NCBI GenBank assembly: GCA_963833095.1
Contig: CAWHWQ010000005.1
Location: forward strand, 480,001 to 544,000
Direction of reading: 5' to 3'
Source: Vulcanimicrobiota bacterium
Lineage (GTDB): Bacteria > Vulcanimicrobiota > Vulcanimicrobiia > Vulcanimicrobiales > Vulcanimicrobiaceae
Length of the DNA stretch: 64,000 bases
How positions within the stretch are numbered: the stretch's first letter is position 1; the number at the start of each line of letters is the position of its first letter. Made by a program: the position numbers and the translations under genes. A model generated the notes under the pieces. That model had not been told where the DNA came from. It saw nothing but the letters and a program-made list of their open reading frames with translations, and did not search any database. Shown here in pieces: positions 58,272 through 64,000 of the stretch.

Positions 58272-58907
58272 GTGCATAGTGCAGCGATCCTCTTACTTGT
58301 GCTCCTCAAGGGTGAACCGTTGGCAGGGCGCTGCGCAACGTTCGTTCGTGACACCCGCACATTCGCCAATGTCCGCAGCGCTCCGAATGGCGCGCCCCTA
58401 CGAGCGCTGCCCAACGATACCGAAGTGCACGTCGACGAGGATCGCGGCGGCTGGTTGCACATATCGGCTCCGGTGCCCGGCTGGATTTACGTGTCCGCTA
58501 CCGTGGTCTACTGTGGGTCAAAAAGTCTCGACGACCAACATGCGGTCATGCCCGCTCTTGACAAGCTCGGCGCGCGGGCGCAAGAAGACCAACGCGCTGC
58601 CGATATGCTTATGCGCTATCAGGTGTTCGGAGCGGCAGATGGATACGCGGGCGAAACCGCCAGCGATGCTCTCGCGGCGCTGATGTCGGCGAACCCAAAA
58701 CTTCTGATCTCGGTCTTGGACCAACTGCCCGAGACCAAGCGCGAAGATCTCCTACGGGGTCTGGTCTTGACCGGGTCCGGGAACGTCATGCGAGTCCATG
58801 CGTTCGATAAGGCCGTCGCCGCTGAACCCTCGCATCCAACCTCGGCCACATGGAGAAAGCTCCAGCGGAAATGCGGGCAGAATCTGGGCCGACTGCCCAA
58901 TTGCTGA
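58272..58907 (+). CDS. Putative exported SH3b-like domain protein
   Basis: ANVRSAP...GWLHI...GWIY pattern; helical C-terminal half. Confidence 0.55.
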   Translation: MHSAAILLLVLLKGEPLAGRCATFVRDTRTFANVRSAPNGAPLRALPNDTEVHVDEDRGGWLHISAPVPGWIYVSATVVYCGSKSLDDQHAVMPALDKLGARAQEDQRAADMLMRYQVFGAADGYAGETASDALAALMSANPKLLISVLDQLPETKREDLLRGLVLTGSGNVMRVHAFDKAVAAEPSHPTSATWRKLQRKCGQNLGRLPNC

Positions 58908-58970
58908 CAAGCGCGAGCGAAGGCGCGCGACTGTAGTGAGCAAAGCTTTAGCTTTGATCGATAAAGTCTG

Positions 58971-60518
58971 CTAGTCTGCTATTTTAAAGATTCTTACGCG
59001 GCGATTTGGTTCGAGGCCGGTGCTGCGCGACTGCAAGCGATATTTCTCTGCCAGCTGATGCTGCATGCGCCGTACGTACGACGTTTGCGGTGAAAGCTCC
59101 ATCGCCTGATTGGTGAGTAGGACCTGATAAACGGCTTCCTCGGCTTCACGCAGCGCAATCTCTTCGTGATCGATTGAACCCAGATTAAAGACGTCGCGAA
59201 GCGCACTTTGGATTTGCGTCGTCGTGTTCGTCTTAATCGAATAGATCGGCACGTTGTCCGAGGCGATCTGCTTGAGCTTGGGCTGGCCTTTGCGCTCGAG
59301 CGTCTTGAGCGTCAGCACGACGTCGGCATCGTCCCAATTGCGGGCAATCGACGCATTGATGCGCAGGTTGTGGACCGCGCGCTCGATCTTGTTGCGCGAG
59401 ACACCGTAGGGGAAAATCAAGAGAGGCTTGTCCACCGACTCATCGTGCTGCTCGTGATGGTGATGCTCGAGCGACTCGGTGAGCTGCGGCATCGTCTCGG
59501 TGTCGGCTTCTTGCACGATCGCCACGTCACCGCTGGCCGTGCGCTGGCGGATCTCAGGCTGCGGCTGGTAACCGCGAAGAAGCGCGTCGACGACTTCAGC
59601 GACATTTTTGTGGATCGCGAGACGATCGCGATCCTGAATCTCGACGAGCAAGTCAAACGTCGGCGGCGCCTTGCGTTCCAGGACCGTCTTGCGTGTGCCG
59701 CGACGGCGCGCTTCCTCGTCCGAGAGCGTCACCGCGCTAATGCCGCCGAGCAAATCCGAGAGCGTCGGATTCATTAACAGATTTTCGAGCGTCTGCCCGT
59801 GGGCCGTGCCGATGAGCGTCACGCCGCGTTCGGCGATCGTCCGAGCTGCGCCGGCTTCCATTTCGGTCCCGATTTCATCGATGACGATCACTTCGGGCAT
59901 GTGATTTTCCACCGCCTCGATCATCACCGCGTGCTGCAGCGCTGGATCGGCGACCTGCATGCGACGCGCCAGGCCGATCCCCGGATGCGGGATATCCGAA
60001 TCGCCGGCGATTTCATTCGACGTATCGACGATCACGACGCGCTTACGATCTTCAGAAAGAATGCGCGCGCATTCGCGCAGCATCGTCGTCTTGCCGACGC
60101 CCGGACGCCCGAGCAAGCAAATCGACTTGCCGCTGCGCAGCACATCGAGCAAAATGTCGATCGTACCATACACGGCGCGACCGACACGGCAGGTTAGCCC
60201 GACGATCTTGCCTTGACGATTGCGGATCGCGCTGATGCGATGCAACGTCTGCTCGATCCCCGCGCGGTTGTCGGGCCCGAAATGCGAAATTCGCGAACAG
60301 ACATGCCCGATGTCCTCGTTGGTGACCGGCGTCTCGGAGAGATATCGAAAGTCGTTGGCAAATCGAGCCTCGGGCGGACGGCCCAAGTCGAGCACGACTT
60401 CGATGATGTCTTCGAGATTGTGGAGCCGCACCAGCGACTGGCGGATGGGGAGTGGGAAGATGTCGAGGAGCTGTGAGAGTTCCCAGCTCGGGGAAACGGA
60501 CTGCGCTTTAACGGCCAA
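58971..60518 (-). CDS. SpoIIIAA/Ycf45-like AAA ATPase with a C-terminal R3H domain
   Basis: GRPGVGKTT, VDTSNEIAG, NHMPEVIVIDEIG, TAHG; RRMQHQLAE..GLEPNRRVRI (R3H). Start placed at the TTG after GGAGG. Confidence 0.88.
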   Translation of the reverse strand: MAVKAQSVSPSWELSQLLDIFPLPIRQSLVRLHNLEDIIEVVLDLGRPPEARFANDFRYLSETPVTNEDIGHVCSRISHFGPDNRAGIEQTLHRISAIRNRQGKIVGLTCRVGRAVYGTIDILLDVLRSGKSICLLGRPGVGKTTMLRECARILSEDRKRVVIVDTSNEIAGDSDIPHPGIGLARRMQVADPALQHAVMIEAVENHMPEVIVIDEIGTEMEAGAARTIAERGVTLIGTAHGQTLENLLMNPTLSDLLGGISAVTLSDEEARRRGTRKTVLERKAPPTFDLLVEIQDRDRLAIHKNVAEVVDALLRGYQPQPEIRQRTASGDVAIVQEADTETMPQLTESLEHHHHEQHDESVDKPLLIFPYGVSRNKIERAVHNLRINASIARNWDDADVVLTLKTLERKGQPKLKQIASDNVPIYSIKTNTTTQIQSALRDVFNLGSIDHEEIALREAEEAVYQVLLTNQAMELSPQTSYVRRMQHQLAEKYRLQSRSTGLEPNRRVRIFKIAD

Positions 60519-60545
60519 CGCGTTCCTCGCCTCCAAGGGTGACAG

Positions 60546-60610
60546 GGTTCGCCCGGCCTCCGGCCGGACGCGCATCCTGCGCTTCGAACCTTGATCCGCA
60601 TCGTGCGGAT
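60546..60610. repeat. Structured dispersed element, copy C
   Basis: GGTTCG-[CCGGCC tcc GGCCGG]-[GCGCA tcc TGCGC]-CGAACC-ttg-[ATCCGCA tcg TGCGGAT]. Confidence 0.75.
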
Positions 60611-60697
60611 TGTTGTGAGTAGTTACCCACAGCCAGGTAGTCGCCCTCCCATATCTTGGGTCGGGTGGCTAAGCAACCACTAGGGAGCGGGTTTTTC

Positions 60698-61081
60698 CTA
60701 ACTTCCTTGATGCGCCTTGAAGGTGTAGATCCGTCCGCTGGCGGTCGCAGTCCCACTGAACCACTGGCCGTTGAGCGTCCCGCGGAACGAAAGCGGTCCG
60801 ATGAGCAGCGTGGCGTGGCCGGATGCGTCGACACCGCCGGTGATCGGCACGTTTCGCCGCCGGTAAAGTGGGCCGCCCGGCTTGAGCGAGGTATCGCTAT
60901 AGGTCCCGCTGATGGTTCCGTGGTTGAAATTCAGTTTCATACTGCCCGAATACGGTTGCGCGTTCGAATTCGCCGGCGTAAACGCGACAACATACGAAAC
61001 GTTGTGGGCGACCGTCGGCGTAGCCATCGCAAACGTCAGCGCTAATGATGCGACCGCCAGGCAGCGCAGTAAAGCAATCAT
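60698..61081 (-). CDS. Small secreted hypothetical protein
   Basis: Signal peptide followed by a Gly/Thr-rich beta-strand domain. Confidence 0.6.
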   Translation of the reverse strand: MIALLRCLAVASLALTFAMATPTVAHNVSYVVAFTPANSNAQPYSGSMKLNFNHGTISGTYSDTSLKPGGPLYRRRNVPITGGVDASGHATLLIGPLSFRGTLNGQWFSGTATASGRIYTFKAHQGS

Positions 61082-61097
61082 GGCGCTATCCTACACC

Positions 61098-62693
61098 TTA
61101 TTCGGCGACAACGCGAATCGTGCGCAATAGGTCATCGTTGGGTCCCTGAATACGCACCCCGGCTTTGAGTTCGAGCCGCAAGTAGTCGATGAGGTCGGGA
61201 GTGATCTCCTCGCCCGGTGAGAGCACGGGGATGCCGGGCGGGTAGGGCGAGATGGTTTCGGCGCAAATGCGTCCGGCGGACTTACGAAAGTCGACGAACT
61301 CCGTGTTCGCCAGGAACGCGTCACGCGGCAGCATGCGCATCGGCGGAATCTGCGGCATTTTATAAGTACCGCGCTTGAGCCGCTGCTCGAGAATACCCGA
61401 GGGCGCAAACATGTCGAGCGGACGATCTTCGCGCGCCATCTCTTCGAATGCGGTGATTAGACGTTCCGCCGCTTCGCGCGTCGTCCCAATGGTAAACAGT
61501 GCGACGACGTTAAACAAGTCCGCCAGTTCGACTTGAATGTTGTAGCGTTTACGAAGAAGTTCGGAAGCTTCGTAGCCGGTGTAGCCGAGCCCAGTCACGC
61601 GCACCGTCATCTTGGTCGGGTCCAAATCGAAGACACCCTCGCGGCCTTGAATCTCTTCGCCAAATGAATACAGGCCCTCAATCTCGTTGAGCCGGCGGCG
61701 CGTCTCTTGCGCAAGGTCGATCGTTTGCGAGAGGAGCGCGGCGCCTTGCGTCGCCATCTGCATGCGCGCTACGTCGAGCGATGCGACCATCGGCAGATTG
61801 GGTGAGGTCGAGAGAAACATCTTGAGGACGGCTTTGAGGCGATCCAGACGCACGCGATCGCCGATCTGATGCAGCATCGCGCACTGCGAAAATGCCGAGA
61901 GCATTTTGTGCGTGGAGTTGATCGACAGATCCGCGCCGGCTTGCGTTGCCGAAATCGGCAAGGCCGGATGAAACTGAAAGTGCGGTCCCCACGCCTCGTC
62001 GACCAGCAAGAGCATACCCGCGTCGTGGGTGATGCGTGCGATCGATTCGAGATCAGCTGCAACGCCATAATACGTAGGCGAAACAATGTAGATCGCTTTG
62101 AGATCCGGGTGCTCGGCAATCGTGCGCGCTACCGTTTCAGGCGTCACCGAGTTGTCCATGTGCATCTCTTGATCGACCGCGGGCTGCATGTAGATCGGAT
62201 GCGCCCCGCTCATGACGAGCCCACCAAGCATCGACTTATGCGAGTTGCGCGGGACCGCGATCTTCTCACCAGGATTCAGCGCGGCCATCATCATGCACTG
62301 ATTGCCGCTAGTCGAGCCGTTGATCAAGAAAAAAGTGTGATCGGCGCCATACGCCTCGGCGGCGAGTTCTTGCGCCTCTTTGATCGATTCGGTCGGCTGC
62401 AAGAGATCGTCGATGCCGGGCATCGGCGTGAGATCGATCGCCAAGATATTGTCGCCGACGAATTCGCGGAACGACAGTTCGGTGCCGCGCCCCTGCATGT
62501 GACCGGGCGTATGAAACGGCAGCACGCCCGAATCAACGTATTCGAGCAACGCTTGAAAATACGGGGTCTTGGTCTGGTCCTTTGGAGGGCGCGCCGGCCG
62601 AGCCTCCGCGCCCCCCGCGCTTTGCGCGGCCCCCCCGATTCCGGGCGCGCTCTTGAAACTGCCAAGCTTAAAACTCCCCGAGGGCGCGCCCAA
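61098..62693 (-). CDS. Orn/Lys/Arg decarboxylase (fold-type I PLP, YaaO/SpeA-like)
   Basis: FHTPGH, LINGST, RNSHKS, VDEAWG, STHK (PLP Lys), STSP, PYPPGIP. Start uncertain. Confidence 0.9.
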   Translation of the reverse strand: MGAPSGSFKLGSFKSAPGIGGAAQSAGGAEARPARPPKDQTKTPYFQALLEYVDSGVLPFHTPGHMQGRGTELSFREFVGDNILAIDLTPMPGIDDLLQPTESIKEAQELAAEAYGADHTFFLINGSTSGNQCMMMAALNPGEKIAVPRNSHKSMLGGLVMSGAHPIYMQPAVDQEMHMDNSVTPETVARTIAEHPDLKAIYIVSPTYYGVAADLESIARITHDAGMLLLVDEAWGPHFQFHPALPISATQAGADLSINSTHKMLSAFSQCAMLHQIGDRVRLDRLKAVLKMFLSTSPNLPMVASLDVARMQMATQGAALLSQTIDLAQETRRRLNEIEGLYSFGEEIQGREGVFDLDPTKMTVRVTGLGYTGYEASELLRKRYNIQVELADLFNVVALFTIGTTREAAERLITAFEEMAREDRPLDMFAPSGILEQRLKRGTYKMPQIPPMRMLPRDAFLANTEFVDFRKSAGRICAETISPYPPGIPVLSPGEEITPDLIDYLRLELKAGVRIQGPNDDLLRTIRVVAE

Positions 62694-62701
62694 ACGACGT
62701 T

Positions 62702-63688
62702 TTAAGCAAGAACTTCGAAGCCGAGCCGTTCGAGCATCGCGAAGTCATCTTGATCGCTGCGACCGCCGGTCGTCAAGTAGTTTCCAAGCACGATGCCGCT
62801 CGCGCCGCTGCGCATGCCCAGATCTTGTAGGCCTTGCAGCGTAATCTCGCGGCCTCCGGCAAAGCGTACGAGCGCGCGCGGGAGCGCCAGACGCGCCATC
62901 GCCACGAAGCGCAGCGCCTCAACCGGTTCGACCAAAGAGCGATCTTGGAACGGCGTGCCCGGCCGCGGATTAAGAAAGTTTATCGGCACCTCTTCGGGCG
63001 CGAGCTCCGCAAGCGTACAGAGAAAGTCAATCCGATCGTCAAGGGTCTCTCCCATGCCGATGATGCCGCCGCAGCAGACCTCGAGTCCGGCACTACGCAC
63101 CAGCTGCAATGTCTCCATTCGCTCGTCGAACGTGTGCGTGGTGCACACCGACGGAAAATAACGCCGCGAGGTTTCGAGGTTGTGATTGACCTTGTCGACT
63201 CCGGCCGCAACGAGTTGCGCGACTTGGTCCTCACGCAGGATGCCGAGTGAGACCGCGACTTTGAGGGGCAGCTCGCTCTTGATCGCGCGCACCGATTCGC
63301 ACACGCGCTCGAGCAGCCGCGTCGAGGGACCGCGCACCGCGACAACGATGCAGAATTCACCGGCGCCGCGCTCGTACGCGTCGCGCGCCGCGGCGACGAA
63401 GCTTTCAACGCTCGAGAGTGTTTCAGGCTCGACATCGCTTGCAAAACGCGCGCTCTGCGAGCAAAAATGACAATCCTCCGAACACCCGCCCTTCTTGGCG
63501 TTGTAGAGCACCTCGACCGCGATTCCATTGCCGCAACTTGCGGCGCGCACGTCATCGGCGAGGGTCAGCAGATCCGGAACGTCCTCATCCGGAAGCTGCG
63601 CAAGCGATTCGAGCAGCGCTCGATCGGCGGGAAGTCCGCGGCTCAGAACACGCTCACGCGCGTTCGCAATGGTCGAGTGCAAGGGCAT
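62702..63688 (-). CDS. bioB: Biotin synthase
   Basis: CSEDCHFCSQS, NHNLETS, CCGGIIGMGE, PINFL, RFAGGRE, GNYLTT. Confidence 0.93.
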   Translation of the reverse strand: MPLHSTIANARERVLSRGLPADRALLESLAQLPDEDVPDLLTLADDVRAASCGNGIAVEVLYNAKKGGCSEDCHFCSQSARFASDVEPETLSSVESFVAAARDAYERGAGEFCIVVAVRGPSTRLLERVCESVRAIKSELPLKVAVSLGILREDQVAQLVAAGVDKVNHNLETSRRYFPSVCTTHTFDERMETLQLVRSAGLEVCCGGIIGMGETLDDRIDFLCTLAELAPEEVPINFLNPRPGTPFQDRSLVEPVEALRFVAMARLALPRALVRFAGGREITLQGLQDLGMRSGASGIVLGNYLTTGGRSDQDDFAMLERLGFEVLA

Positions 63689-63695
63689 CCTCGTG

Positions 63696-64000
63696 CTAGG
63701 TAAAGTATGGTGCGAAGATCTGCGCGCCGGTCTTTACCGAAGCAGCCTCGTCTTCGTCAAACGGCAGAATGCCAAGAATCTTGACCTTTCCCTGCAGCGT
63801 CCGCTCGACGTCGGCACGATAGTGATCCTCGGTCGGTCCCCAGCGCTCGACCAGCACCGCGCCCACGAGCCTGATCCCCGCCTGCTGGCACTGGTTAGCT
63901 GTTAGCAACGCATGATTGACGCAGCCGAGCTTGAGGCCAATCGCAAGCACCGTGTCGAACGCACCGAGAACCGCGATGTTCCCGAAATGCTCCCGAGCAT
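63696..64000 (-). CDS. bioD: Dethiobiotin synthase, C-terminal part (runs off the window edge)
   Basis: GLKLGCVNHALLT motif; directly upstream of bioB. Confidence 0.8.
   Translation of the reverse strand, partial: AREHFGNIAVLGAFDTVLAIGLKLGCVNHALLTANQCQQAGIRLVGAVLVERWGPTEDHYRADVERTLQGKVKILGILPFDEDEAASVKTGAQIFAPYFT

Noticed and set aside
51210..60610. Palindromic 23-bp repeats as a CRISPR array
   Set aside because: Copies are 1.4 kb and about 8 kb apart, with no regular spacers and no cas genes.

Overview
A 64-kb, GC-rich bacterial chromosomal segment with no rRNA, tRNA, CRISPR array, transposase or phage gene that I could recognise. Core genes: futalosine menaquinone genes (mqnE-mqnA-mqnC), ftsK, RNase J, a Yip1/TolC/MFP/ABC export operon followed by htrA, dnaK-grpE-dnaJ, scoAB plus an acyl-CoA dehydrogenase, nth, mutY, lpdA-lipB-lipA plus an RND pump, a glutamate dehydrogenase, ychF, mtnP, tmk-holB, an Orn/Lys/Arg decarboxylase and bioD-bioB. 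These are interspersed with lineage-specific genes: three PilZ-type proteins, a secreted KPAA-repeat protein, a TPR/ATP-grasp protein paired with a flavoprotein, two secreted S9 peptidases, a STAND ATPase, and an exported protein paired with an SGNH lipoprotein. The mix of TolC, RNase J, the futalosine pathway and Bacillota-like decarboxylase/tmk/holB order suggests a diderm Terrabacteria lineage such as Eremiobacterota (inference only). Many conserved genes are broken by frameshifts in discrete blocks, most likely consensus or assembly errors, so their coordinates are approximate. The most unusual signal is a dispersed intergenic multi-hairpin element: two full copies show compensatory base-pair changes, and a third partial copy forms an exact 23-bp direct repeat bracketing the glutamate dehydrogenase gene.
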